Shown piece after piece: positions 27,740 through 37,558 of a stretch of DNA of 64,000 nt. The position numbers and the translations under genes were made by a program. Within the stretch, counting starts at the first letter, position 1. Each line of letters begins with the position of its first letter. The DNA comes from Thermoproteota archaeon. Lineage in GTDB: Archaea; Korarchaeota; Korarchaeia; Korarchaeales; Korarchaeaceae. The notes below the pieces were generated by a model. It saw only the letters and a list, made by a program, of their open reading frames with translations. It was not told where the DNA came from and ran no database searches. Location: the NCBI GenBank assembly GCA_015522685.1, contig WALU01000032.1, forward strand, positions 44,760 to 108,759, read 5' to 3'.

Positions 27740-28912
27740 TCATATCTCAAATCCTAGCTTAGCTAAGGGCCATCTCCTAATCATGGCCATTAAGACGCCG
27801 ATGCTCTTCCAGCCGATATCCTTCTTAGATATTGAACTGAAGCCTATGACTCTCTTAGTTTTCTTATCATATACTATGTAGGCATGATCTCCCCACTCAT
27901 CTCCACTCATATAAACCCTATCTGCCTCAAATCCTTCCTTAGACGCCTCTATACTGGTTAGGCCAGCTGATGCTATGTGAATCCCGCCGAAGAATACGTC
28001 TCTCTGATATCTAGGAACTTTGTAGGAAGCTTTGAATCCTGTTAATGCCTTGGCCACGTTTAAAGACATTATACTCGCAGCAGTACCAATTCCCATATAT
28101 ATAGGCTTATTGATCAGCGTATCAATCACTGTAGCGTTATCCCCGACAGCAAATATATTAGAATCAGAGGTCCTCCCCTGTCTATCCGTCTTTATAACCC
28201 ATTCATTCATCAATTCGAGTCCTGCTTCTTTTGCTAGAGCGATCTCAGGAGAGACTCCTGTCGCCATAAATGTCATCTCAGATGGAACTTCACTTCCATC
28301 TTCCAACTCTAATTTACCATCATATACTTCCTTAGGCTTGCCATGAATGAATTCAACACCCTTTTCAGCTAGAAATTTCTCTAGCTTGGCGGAAAGTTCA
28401 GGTTCAAGGCTTCTCCTTATTAATCTAGATCTAACTATAACCTTAGGCTTTGCTCCTATTGCCCTTGATGCATCAGCTACATGAAGCGCAACGAAGCTAG
28501 CGCCTATTATAGCGACCTCATTGGGTTTCTCATCTATCAATTTATGGACGTCTTCTAACTTCCTAAATACAGCACACTTTTCTCCTCCCTTCAGCTTAGA
28601 TGGTATCGTTGGATTAGAACCCGTTGCTAATACCAAATAATCATACTGAAGTGTCTGTCCACTTGCCAGTACAACTTCCTTTTGCTCTCTTCTTACTCTT
28701 GTTACCCTATCCAGTATTATCTCAACTCCTTTAGACTCTATGTGCTTCGTATTAACCCAGAGATTCATGCCTTGAGTTACCAACCTTAGTTTATGCCTGA
28801 CATATGGTCTTTCATCTCCTACAATGGTGACCTTAGCATCTGGAGCCTGATCAGCTATATGTCTCGCTGAGCCCAAGCCTCCTAATCCGAACCCAACAAT
28901 AACAACCTTCAC
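27740..28912 (-). CDS. FAD-dependent pyridine nucleotide-disulfide oxidoreductase family protein
   Basis: VIVGFGLGG, YDYLVLATG, IIGASFV, TSDSNIFAVGD. Confidence 0.88.
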   Translation of the reverse strand: MKVVIVGFGLGGLGSARHIADQAPDAKVTIVGDERPYVRHKLRLVTQGMNLWVNTKHIESKGVEIILDRVTRVRREQKEVVLASGQTLQYDYLVLATGSNPTIPSKLKGGEKCAVFRKLEDVHKLIDEKPNEVAIIGASFVALHVADASRAIGAKPKVIVRSRLIRRSLEPELSAKLEKFLAEKGVEFIHGKPKEVYDGKLELEDGSEVPSEMTFMATGVSPEIALAKEAGLELMNEWVIKTDRQGRTSDSNIFAVGDNATVIDTLINKPIYMGIGTAASIMSLNVAKALTGFKASYKVPRYQRDVFFGGIHIASAGLTSIEASKEGFEADRVYMSGDEWGDHAYIVYDKKTKRVIGFSSISKKDIGWKSIGVLMAMIRRWPLAKLGFEI

Positions 28913-28968
28913 CTAGGCACCGCGAAAGTTAGAGCATAGGATACTTGAAAAACTTAAACAAAATTACT

Positions 28969-30267
28969 TTAGCCATATATAACAGACTCCCTTCCGAACA
29001 TTTTCGAGCTCAACCATAGAAATGCGACTAAGTAAATTATAGATGATGCCAATGAGGTTGTTACAGGCATTATATCTCCAGGATTCACGATTATATCCCT
29101 TGCAAACATAGCTAGGCTCGATATGGGCAATATCCTAAGTATAGAGTAAATGCTTTGTGGAGCATAAGGTATAGCTATCATAGGAAGTATGAGGATGAAT
29201 GTCAGGAATCCGACATACTGTTGGGCCTCTTTGAATGTTTTGGCGAAGGAAGCTGCTATGACCATAATAGCATTTCCTGTTAAACCACCTAGGGCGACTG
29301 TGATCAGGATACCTGCGGTTACATATGGAAGCTTGGAAGCTTCTATAAGCTGGGAGATTTGTGGATGAGCTACTGATGTCGCTTCTACTAAAGAAGTTAC
29401 TGCTAGGCCTATTCCTATTAATGCAGAGAGGAGCGTTGAGATGCCGCTTACTATTGATAATATTGTTAAGGCACTAAATTTACCCAGAAGGATCTCTCCT
29501 CTACTAACTGGAGCTGTAAAGAGAGCTTCTATGGTCTTCCTTTCTCTTTCTCCTGCTATCATATCTATAGCGAATGTGCCGGCGCCTGTGATGGCTATCA
29601 GGCCCACCATCATAGGAAGTATCATGGCAGTCATTACCTCACTAGTTGTAGCTACCTTTCCAGTAGAAGTAATTTGTTTAACAATAGTATCTATGGGTCT
29701 TATGTACCTCTCGCTCAAGTTAACTGCAGCCAACCTCTCATTAAGAATTCTCTCGGAATACTTTTCTATTATCTCCTGTACCATACTCATAGCAACGGAA
29801 GATCTTGTGCCATATGGATCATAATAGTAGATTATATATCCGCTCTTCCCCAATGAGATGTTACGTGAAAAACCAGGTAGTATCTCAACAATTAGATCTA
29901 TACCCCTATTGAGAATGAGGTTAGCGTAATTGCCTCCATTCGCTGTTATAGATACATAAGCTCCCGATTCATTGTGCAGCTTCTTTATACTTCTTGCTAA
30001 ATCTATCGCTTCCTTATCTTCCACAACTACAAGTATCTTGGGAGGAACCGTTTTAGGATTCAGCATCATCATTGGGAGCGCTATAACTATGGGCATTATT
30101 ATCATTGGCAAGAGCACTACGTTTATCATCGTCCTCTTATCTCTAAGTGCCTCTAAAAGTTCTTTCCAAGCCACTACTAACCAAGGCTTATCAGGTAGAG
30201 AATAGCCTTTCCGCCCAAATCCTCTAGATAGTTTGACTATCCCTGAAGATCCTTTAAACAGTTTCAA
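28969..30267 (-). CDS. ABC-2 type permease (NatB-like)
   Basis: KELLEALRDKRT, AGERERKTIEALFTAPVSR, FAKTFKEAQQY. Confidence 0.9.
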   Translation of the reverse strand: MKLFKGSSGIVKLSRGFGRKGYSLPDKPWLVVAWKELLEALRDKRTMINVVLLPMIIMPIVIALPMMMLNPKTVPPKILVVVEDKEAIDLARSIKKLHNESGAYVSITANGGNYANLILNRGIDLIVEILPGFSRNISLGKSGYIIYYYDPYGTRSSVAMSMVQEIIEKYSERILNERLAAVNLSERYIRPIDTIVKQITSTGKVATTSEVMTAMILPMMVGLIAITGAGTFAIDMIAGERERKTIEALFTAPVSRGEILLGKFSALTILSIVSGISTLLSALIGIGLAVTSLVEATSVAHPQISQLIEASKLPYVTAGILITVALGGLTGNAIMVIAASFAKTFKEAQQYVGFLTFILILPMIAIPYAPQSIYSILRILPISSLAMFARDIIVNPGDIMPVTTSLASSIIYLVAFLWLSSKMFGRESVIYG

Positions 30268-30994
30268 TAGTCTCGCCCCTCACAAGTCTGATAAACACAT
30301 CTTCGAACTCCTTTTCTCCCGCGAGTTTTTCTAGCTCATCCTTGCTTCCTATGTACCTAAGTTGGCCGTTGCTGATTATCCCTATCCTCCCACATAGCTT
30401 CTCCACCTCCCACATGTTATGAGTGGAGAGCATGACTGTCTTTCCTGAGGAAGCATATTCCTTTATCAATCTTCTGATTTCCCTAGCACTCATGACATCT
30501 ACACCTAAAGTTGGTTCATCTAAGAGGAGAATAGGAGGCTCATCTAATATCGCTCTAGCGAAGGCGACCTTCTGCTTTTGTCCCCTTGATAACTTATCAG
30601 CTATAATGTAGCGCTTCTTCTCCAGCTTAAGGATACCTAAGAGATTATCTATTCTCATCTCTAGAGTACTCCTTTCCATCCCTCGGAGCTTTCCGAAGTA
30701 TATCAGATTTTCCTCAGCAGTTAATCTTGGGTAAATACCAGTATCTTCAGGAAGTATACCCATTAACTTCTTAGCCTTTAAGGGCTCCTTAGCTACATCT
30801 ACCCCTAATATTTTAGCAATGCCAGAAGTGGGCTTGAGTGCGCCATAAATCATCCTCAATGTGGTCGTTTTACCAGCTCCGTTTGGACCTAATAACCCGA
30901 AAATAATTCCTTCCTTCACCTTAAAGCTCAAGTCTCTTACAGCAGTAAAACTGCCAAACTTCTTAGTAAGAGAGAATGTCTCTATTGCTATCAT
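30254..30994 (-). CDS. ABC transporter ATP-binding protein (NatA-like)
   Basis: GPNGAGKTT, LSRGQ, LLLDEPT, STH. Confidence 0.93.
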   Translation of the reverse strand: MIAIETFSLTKKFGSFTAVRDLSFKVKEGIIFGLLGPNGAGKTTTLRMIYGALKPTSGIAKILGVDVAKEPLKAKKLMGILPEDTGIYPRLTAEENLIYFGKLRGMERSTLEMRIDNLLGILKLEKKRYIIADKLSRGQKQKVAFARAILDEPPILLLDEPTLGVDVMSAREIRRLIKEYASSGKTVMLSTHNMWEVEKLCGRIGIISNGQLRYIGSKDELEKLAGEKEFEDVFIRLVRGETIETV

Positions 30995-31035
30995 CGAAAT
31001 CCCCTTTAAATACTGTGTAAACCTCTTACTTTCTG

Positions 31036-32271
31036 ATGAGATACCTCATCGTAGCTTCGCTTATAATGATGATATTGATGCTTCCTATAGTGAATAATGC
31101 TAAGGCTCAGGCGGCCCTATTGGGAGTCTCTAATACTGACGTCATAGCTGGAAGCACTTTTTTTGCCTTTTATAATATAACAACTACGAAAGATAGGCCA
31201 ATAGTAGGATTTAATCTCTCTCTAATGGTCCCAAATGGATGGGAAATCTCACCTTATGGAGCTAGTGGGATAACTCCTAATGGAGATGAAATAAAGGTAG
31301 AATGGAAGGAAAAGAATGCTATCTACAAAGGGACTGGGGCATCAGTAGCCCATATTTCCTTCAAGGTGAGAGTTCCTTTGGAGGATATGAATGTAAAGAG
31401 GACTATCTTTGCCAGCGGATATATAGCAGTCAAAGAAGGAGGTGCTACTAAGAAATACTTTGTAACTGGAAAGAAGGAGATTTTTATTCACAAGTGGGAA
31501 CCCTTCATATTCTTAAATCTCAGCAAGATAGAGGTGATCCCCCCAGCTATCTTAGTTGCATATGTAAGAGTGTTAACTGGTCCACCCCTCTATTCCGTCG
31601 CTATGAGGAATGTCCTGGTGAAAGTGGGGGATACCGCAACTGGCACTCTCTACAATGAGAAATTCGGTTATTGGAGATATGGTTATGCCACAGATGTCAG
31701 GATACCCATAAAGATACCGCTCAATGCTAGTGGAGGAATTCAGAAGGTTTATGTGACGGTGGATTATGAAGTAGCAGGACATAAGCTTAGGAGCTATGTA
31801 GAATATCCTTATAAGATTATGAAGCCGTCTGAAGTTAAAATAGATCAAATGAACGTACCTAAAAAAGTAAAAGCTGGTAAATACCTTGTCTTAAATGCAA
31901 CAATTGTAAATCCTTCTTCTTTTAAGGCATTAGAGGCGGAGTTCCATGCAAAGCTAGGTGAAGATCACAAGGTCGTTAAGCTAGGAGATATGAGGGCAGG
32001 ATCTTTTGCTCATGTGAGCCTGAAGTTTAAGATACCTAGGTCAGGACGAAACCTTACTCTAACGGTTTGGACAGCTTGGAAGCAGGAATATCCCGAAGAA
32101 ATTAAGATGATGAAAGAAGGAACTTACAATATTCAGGTGATCAGTTCCTCGTCTGGAATCTCGACTTCTTGGTGGCTCATCCTTGCATTGGTGGTGATCG
32201 CTGGTGCGGCAGTTGAGTACTTGGTTAAAAGAAGAAGAAATAGAAAGGCTGAAAATTATAGTGAAATCTAA
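31036..32271 (+). CDS. exported Ig/CARDB-like protein with C-terminal TM anchor
   Basis: Signal peptide (AKA/Q), beta-rich repeats (LNATIVN), C-terminal TM followed by KRRR. Confidence 0.72.
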   Translation: MRYLIVASLIMMILMLPIVNNAKAQAALLGVSNTDVIAGSTFFAFYNITTTKDRPIVGFNLSLMVPNGWEISPYGASGITPNGDEIKVEWKEKNAIYKGTGASVAHISFKVRVPLEDMNVKRTIFASGYIAVKEGGATKKYFVTGKKEIFIHKWEPFIFLNLSKIEVIPPAILVAYVRVLTGPPLYSVAMRNVLVKVGDTATGTLYNEKFGYWRYGYATDVRIPIKIPLNASGGIQKVYVTVDYEVAGHKLRSYVEYPYKIMKPSEVKIDQMNVPKKVKAGKYLVLNATIVNPSSFKALEAEFHAKLGEDHKVVKLGDMRAGSFAHVSLKFKIPRSGRNLTLTVWTAWKQEYPEEIKMMKEGTYNIQVISSSSGISTSWWLILALVVIAGAAVEYLVKRRRNRKAENYSEI

Positions 32272-32908
32272 AGGTGAGATAAAAGAGCCAAAAAGTCCAT
32301 GGGAATCCTTTAGGTTTCATATCAGAGGATATATGGGAATAGTATACTCAAGCGGAAAGGTAGTTTATCACAAGCCTCTTGCTTCTGTCATAGAAGAAGC
32401 ACTGATAGAAGAGGGAATGGAGATAGGGTCTGATGAGGCAGGTAAAGGGGAGAAAACCGGTCCTATAGTAGTAGCTTCTGTTGCTCTAGATCCTGCAGCA
32501 AGGAAGCGACTGAGATCAAGAGGTCTACTTGAGTCAAAATCCATCCCCCAAGGTAGATTGGAGGAGCTCGTGGCTCTAATTAAGAAGTCAGCTAAGGCTT
32601 ACGCTATCAAGATTGTATATCCAGACGAACTATCCCTTATCTGGAAAAAAGGGAACTTAAACGAGCTGCTGGCAAAATGGCACTTTGAAGTGATATCGAA
32701 TGTCCTAAGCGAAGTTGAAGCTTCTAGAATAATTATAGATTCCTTTGACAAGAAGAAACTAGAGAATATTCTCTCTTCCTTGAGTGAGACAATTAAGGTG
32801 GTAATAGAGCCTAAAGCAGATGAAAAATATGCGGTAGTTGCGGCAGCCAGCCTGTTAGCCAAACTTTCTTACATTAAAAATGAGAAGAGAGGAATTAAAT
32901 GGAGCTAA
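32204..32908 (+). CDS. ribonuclease HIII-like protein (N-terminal TBP-like domain + type 2 RNase H domain)
   Basis: IVYSSGKVV N-domain, IGSDEAGKGE..GPIVVA, IIIDSF, EPKADE, VAAASLLAK. Confidence 0.8.
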   Translation: MRQLSTWLKEEEIERLKIIVKSKGEIKEPKSPWESFRFHIRGYMGIVYSSGKVVYHKPLASVIEEALIEEGMEIGSDEAGKGEKTGPIVVASVALDPAARKRLRSRGLLESKSIPQGRLEELVALIKKSAKAYAIKIVYPDELSLIWKKGNLNELLAKWHFEVISNVLSEVEASRIIIDSFDKKKLENILSSLSETIKVVIEPKADEKYAVVAAASLLAKLSYIKNEKRGIKWS

Positions 32909-32909
32909 T

Positions 32910-33407
32910 TTAAGGATATGGATGCTTATATCCAAATTTCCTCAGTAAATCCATTCTCTCCTTAACATCTTCTTCTTTCTCGACTCCCAGAGGAGTATCT
33001 CCATCTATAACTCCTAAGATCCCCCTTCCTTCACCAAAATCAGCCACTACTACCTTGAGGGGGTTAGCCGTGGCAGCATGCAGGGTAACTATCTCAGGTA
33101 CCTGCCTCAACCTCGGCAGGATGTTCACTGGCCAAGCATTTTTCACCAATATCACAAGACAGTGACCTGCAGCTACCTTCCTAGCTCTTTTAACGGCGGC
33201 CTCTACCAAACCTGGATCATTTCCTGCCTTTCTTATGAGTCTGGGACCCGATGATTCGCAGAATGCAAATCCGAACTTTATGCTAGCACAGGAATCAGCT
33301 AATGCCTCATATACATCCTCAACCGTCTTAATAAAGTGAGAAGTAGCTAGAATTATGTTAGTTCCCTCAGGAGGGGCTATATCAGCTACTTCAAGTTTTA
33401 GCTCCAT
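32910..33407 (-). CDS. adenosine-specific kinase / DUF355 family
   Basis: NIILATSHFIKTVED, FCESSGPRL, ATANP, GRGILGVIDG. Confidence 0.88.
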   Translation of the reverse strand: MELKLEVADIAPPEGTNIILATSHFIKTVEDVYEALADSCASIKFGFAFCESSGPRLIRKAGNDPGLVEAAVKRARKVAAGHCLVILVKNAWPVNILPRLRQVPEIVTLHAATANPLKVVVADFGEGRGILGVIDGDTPLGVEKEEDVKERMDLLRKFGYKHPYP

Positions 33408-33792
33408 ACTCTCGCCCTCTTATCGTTCTTCCTAATGTATCAAAAAGATTTAGCAGGGTATCTTTCTGTATCCTATATATTCTATATTTACCCTTAACAG
33501 TCTCCTTAACGAGGCCAGCTGCCTTAAGGTCCGAGAGATGATGAGAAATGAGGGACTGATCCTTTCCCAAGATATATGAGATCAAGCATACGGGCATATC
33601 TGTGGCTGCAAGTAGAAGAATTATGTCAAGCTTTGTAGTATTTGATAATGCCTTAAATGCCCAAGCCATTCCTTCTTTATCTCTTATACTCTCCAGATTA
33701 TCTAGAGATCTACCCAACTTTCCTACATAATCTCTAATATCCTCAATACATCTTTTTGGTACCTTTTTGAGGATCTCTTCCGCCTTCATCAT
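33391..33792 (-). CDS. ArsR/SmtB family transcriptional regulator
   Basis: FKALSN, MPVCLI, QSLISHHLSDLKAAGLV. Confidence 0.9.
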   Translation of the reverse strand: MMKAEEILKKVPKRCIEDIRDYVGKLGRSLDNLESIRDKEGMAWAFKALSNTTKLDIILLLAATDMPVCLISYILGKDQSLISHHLSDLKAAGLVKETVKGKYRIYRIQKDTLLNLFDTLGRTIRGREYGAKT

Positions 33793-33875
33793 GTTTTGAC
33801 ACCATTGAACAAATGTTTCTTTAGATATATATCTTCCTTATCTTTAAAAATATCATCGAGCTAAGCCAAGTTAAT

Positions 33876-34970
33876 ATGTGGGACATTGCAATAGTCGGGG
33901 CGGGTCCATCGGGATCAACGGCAGCTTATCTACTAGCTAAAATAGGATTTAAAACTTTACTCTTGGATAAGAAGAACTTTCCTAGGCCAAAACCTTGCGG
34001 TGGGGGGATAACTCTCAAAGCCGGGAAGCTCTTGTCAGAGTTGGGTCTTCCTCTAGAACCTGTCGAGGCTTATCATAGGGAAGTAATAGTTAAAGGATAT
34101 GATAAAGAGATTACGGTTAGTACATCTCCGGGAGGATATGCTATAGCAGTAGTTAGGAGAGAAGAATTTGATAAGAGACTCCTTGAAGAGGCGGTCTCAT
34201 GGGGAGCATCCTTTCAAGTATCAAAAGTATATGGAATAAGGGAGAGAGGTAATGTAGTGAAGATAGTAGGAGCTGATGAAGAAGCTAGATATGTAATAGG
34301 GGCTGATGGGGCGAATTCTATTGTAGCAATCTCCTCTGGCATTAGAGGATCTTGGAATAAAGGAGATTTGATAATAGGAATAGAAGGCGTAGCTCCTCAT
34401 TACGAAAAACTAACTTTTATGGTAGATGCAGCTCCCTACGGATATGGATGGATATTTCCGCGATCTACCGATTCTAATGCTGGAGTGGGGGGAATGATCG
34501 AGAAATCTAGCGAAATATTATCAGCTTTTAATATGTTTTCGTTGAAATATAAAGCTAAAATGAATAGATCTTGGGTAATCCCCATTGGAGGACATAGAAA
34601 GCCCATTGCTAAGGGAAGGGTTTTATTAGTTGGTGATTCTGCTGGATTAGCTGACCCTTTAACTGGAGAAGGACTGTATTATGCTATTAGAAGCTCCCTT
34701 GAAGCGGCAAATTCCCTTGAAAGTGGGGAGCCGGATAAAGATTACATGAGAAGGATGGAACCCATAATTGAAGAGCTTAGAAGCAAAAGAAAAGCAGCTA
34801 AGATCATAATACCGCGGATAAATTTCTTCTTCAATCTATTCGTCTCTTATCCAGAGATAGCAAGGAGGTATATGCTCACGTCCATAGGGAAAGTAGAGTT
34901 CAAGGATTTCTGGAGGTGGTCCATAACAAGAATTCCTAGAGCTCTCATAAGAAGCAAACTCGGTATATAA
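33876..34970 (+). CDS. geranylgeranyl reductase family flavoprotein
   Basis: IVGAGPSG, FPRPKPCGGG, GADGANS, YGWIFP, LVGDSAG..DPLTGEG. Confidence 0.88.
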   Translation: MWDIAIVGAGPSGSTAAYLLAKIGFKTLLLDKKNFPRPKPCGGGITLKAGKLLSELGLPLEPVEAYHREVIVKGYDKEITVSTSPGGYAIAVVRREEFDKRLLEEAVSWGASFQVSKVYGIRERGNVVKIVGADEEARYVIGADGANSIVAISSGIRGSWNKGDLIIGIEGVAPHYEKLTFMVDAAPYGYGWIFPRSTDSNAGVGGMIEKSSEILSAFNMFSLKYKAKMNRSWVIPIGGHRKPIAKGRVLLVGDSAGLADPLTGEGLYYAIRSSLEAANSLESGEPDKDYMRRMEPIIEELRSKRKAAKIIIPRINFFFNLFVSYPEIARRYMLTSIGKVEFKDFWRWSITRIPRALIRSKLGI

Positions 34971-35189
34971 GCTCTAAATTCTATAATACTTGCTTCCTAA
35001 TAGCATGATAGTATAAAGAACCTGAATTTATTACATTCTTGAGGTGCCGCGCTATTAATAGACTACCCACTTTCTTAACATATATCTTCGGGATTTCAAG
35101 AAATTCACTTTCATAGAGAAGAAATCATATCACCGTAGATGCATCTAATTAATTTTAGTTGACTATTATAGAGGAAGCTGGGCGTTACT

Positions 35190-35416
35190 CGGATACTCGA
35201 GACAGTACATCTTTTCCCTTCATCTATTCGTCTAATATCTTTATTCTCGAGCTCTTTGATTCTCCCGTTATTATCCTTCTTGAGACAGATCTCTCTAGCC
35301 TCTTCAGTTAACTGAGAGATATTGAGTGGGGCCTTGCTTACCAGCACCCCTAACACGCCTCTGATTATAATTGTAGTGGCTGCTATAGCGGCTCTCCCAG
35401 TAACAAAAAGGATCAT
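35190..35416 (-). pseudogene. possible degenerate winged-helix regulator
   Basis: PLNISQLTEE...(other frame SVSRRII)...RIKELENK resembles a wHTH split by frameshifts. Confidence 0.35.
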
Positions 35417-36864
35417 CTTGGAGAGTTCTTAATCTTTCCATAGGATACAAGGGCTTTCATGGCTCTAGCAGCTCTTTCAGATTCTGGATATGCAGGTATC
35501 CCCTCCGCCTCGAACATTTCCCTGAAGGCTTTAGCATATTGCGAGGATCCAACGTCCATTGCCACCACTGGCTTATCATAGCTCTTAGATAAGCCTGCTA
35601 ATCTATTTGGAAGATTGGTGGTCACTCCTGGGACATGATGAAGGGCAAGAATCATTATACCATCTACATTATCATCCTCTAAGAGTATCCTCATAGTCTC
35701 TACGAAGGAATCATCTGTTGCGCTGCCTGTTAAGTCTATTGGGTCGATAGTAGCTGCAATAGGGGGGATTATCCTTTTTTCCTTGAGATTTTGAAATATG
35801 TTCTGGCTTTCTTCAGATAAATTAGCTAGTTTGAGGCCCAAAGCCTCAGTTTCATCTGCAGCCATGACGCCTACGCCTCCTCCATCTGTCAAAATAGCTA
35901 TCCTATTCCCCCTAGCAGGAGGCTGCATTACTAGAGCTTTAGCAACATCGAAGAGCTCCTCCATATCTCTAACCCTAATCACACCTGCCTGCTTAAAGGC
36001 AGCATCATAAACATTATCACTACCAGCCATGGCAGCGGTATGTGAATTCGCTGCTCTTGCTCCAGCACTTGTTCTTCCTGCCTTAAAGATCACTATAGGC
36101 TTTTCTTTCGTTATCTCTCTAGCTAACTTTAAGAATTCCCTTCCCCTATCTATTGACTCGGCATATATGAGGATTACCTTTGTCTCCTCATCTCTCCTAA
36201 GATATTCTAGAACATCAACCTCATCTACATCCAATTTGTTGCCATAGCTAATGAATTTAGCTAGGCCAATTCCTTCACCATGCATGTAATCAAGACAGGC
36301 AACGCCAAAAGCTCCAGATTGAGTGCTTAGTGATATATTGCCAGGTTTCGGTCTAGGAGATGATATATATTTCTTGTCTAGGAACTCCTTCTCTACAGGT
36401 AAAAACATGGTATCTACTCCAGTTGATGGGACAACCACACCGACGCAGTTAGGACCTATAACTCTCATCTCATATCTATCCCTAAGAGCTTCAAGTTCCC
36501 TCTGGAGTTCTACTCCTTCTCCACCTACCTCCGCAAAGCCACCACTTATAACTATGACATTCTTTATTCCCCTCTTTCCACAATCCTCCATGGCCGAAGG
36601 AGTGTACTTAGCAGGTGTTACTAAAATAGCTAGATCTGGGGCATCAGGTAGTTCTAAGATAGACTTGTAAGTAGGTACGCCAAGTATCATCTCATTCGAT
36701 TTAGGATTTACGGCATACAGCTTCCCCTTATAGATACCCATTTGTGAATTTTCGACCAATATCCTCAACAGCTCATAGCCTATCTTTCTTGGAGTTCTAG
36801 AGGCACCTACAATTGCCATGGACCTAGGATTGAAGAAACTATCTAGCGAAGACACCTTATTCAC
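35413..36864 (-). CDS. acdA: acetate/acyl-CoA ligase (ADP-forming) alpha subunit
   Basis: IVGAS, GGFAEVG, IGPNCVG, TQSGA, SYGNKLD, SHTAAMAG, GGGVG. Confidence 0.92.
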   Translation of the reverse strand: MNKVSSLDSFFNPRSMAIVGASRTPRKIGYELLRILVENSQMGIYKGKLYAVNPKSNEMILGVPTYKSILELPDAPDLAILVTPAKYTPSAMEDCGKRGIKNVIVISGGFAEVGGEGVELQRELEALRDRYEMRVIGPNCVGVVVPSTGVDTMFLPVEKEFLDKKYISSPRPKPGNISLSTQSGAFGVACLDYMHGEGIGLAKFISYGNKLDVDEVDVLEYLRRDEETKVILIYAESIDRGREFLKLAREITKEKPIVIFKAGRTSAGARAANSHTAAMAGSDNVYDAAFKQAGVIRVRDMEELFDVAKALVMQPPARGNRIAILTDGGGVGVMAADETEALGLKLANLSEESQNIFQNLKEKRIIPPIAATIDPIDLTGSATDDSFVETMRILLEDDNVDGIMILALHHVPGVTTNLPNRLAGLSKSYDKPVVAMDVGSSQYAKAFREMFEAEGIPAYPESERAARAMKALVSYGKIKNSPR

Positions 36865-36941
36865 CAGGAAGTATAACCCAATCTTAATAAAGAGATTTCA
36901 CTGGCATATCACTTAAGCTAAAAGCCATCTGAAATATACCT

Positions 36942-36954
36942 AAAAAAAGAAAAA
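36942..36954 (-). terminator. oligo(T) terminator after the histone gene
   Basis: TTTTTCTTTTTTT on the minus strand, about 27 nt after the stop. Confidence 0.55.
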
Positions 36955-36980
36955 GGTCCGAGTGAGGGGAAACAGGAATC

Positions 36981-37205
36981 TTATGTCCTCCAAACTGCCC
37001 TGATGGCCAGCTCTATATCATCACCGGTTACGGTCTTCCTATTGGCGTGCTTAGCTAAACTAACAGCATGCCTGCTTGTTTCGGTGGCAAACTTCTCCAT
37101 ATAGCGCTCCAGCCTCTCAACGGCAGCATCGCTTACCCTTTCAGCACCTGCCTCCCGGATTATCCTCCCAATGGGAGCTAAAGGTAGATACCTTGTCTTA
37201 GGCAT
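36981..37205 (-). CDS. archaeal histone (HMf-like)
   Basis: LPLAPIGRIIREAGAERVS, AKHANRKTV..DI.LA. Confidence 0.95.
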   Translation of the reverse strand: MPKTRYLPLAPIGRIIREAGAERVSDAAVERLERYMEKFATETSRHAVSLAKHANRKTVTGDDIELAIRAVWRT

Positions 37206-37284
37206 AAGAAAAGGTATCTCATGTTAAATAAAAAATTTACTCTTCTATTGCAAGTGAGGTTTGTAGTAGAACATTTCATTTATA

Positions 37285-37558
37285 ATGAAGATCATCATCT
37301 GTTACTATGAAATCCACTTAATTTAACAAGTGGGATCTTGGAAATCAGAGAAATTACTGGATTTCATTGGGTATGATTAGAGGTATTATCGTTTATAAGG
37401 AAGAAATTAAGAATAAGCAAAATAGCTACCTCATCCTGGGACATGAGCCTCACATAAGCAGATTGGAAATTGGCGAAAACGACTGTCCTACTATAAACTT
37501 TGTAGAGTCTTATACTATAAAGAGAATTGCTATTTACTACTCTATTCTAACTTCCTAA
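37285..37558 (+). pseudogene. possible remnant of an AAA+ ATPase (COG1373-like) N-terminus
   Basis: Fragments in different frames: KEEIKNK..YLILG, QIG, KTTVLL (like G-P-R-Q-x-G-K-T-T), IAIYYS; stops and frameshifts. Confidence 0.3.

Noticed and set aside
27650-27740. AT-rich imperfect inverted repeats between convergent genes as a possible MITE
   Set aside because: Matches are short and low-complexity with no target-site duplication; more likely a termination region.
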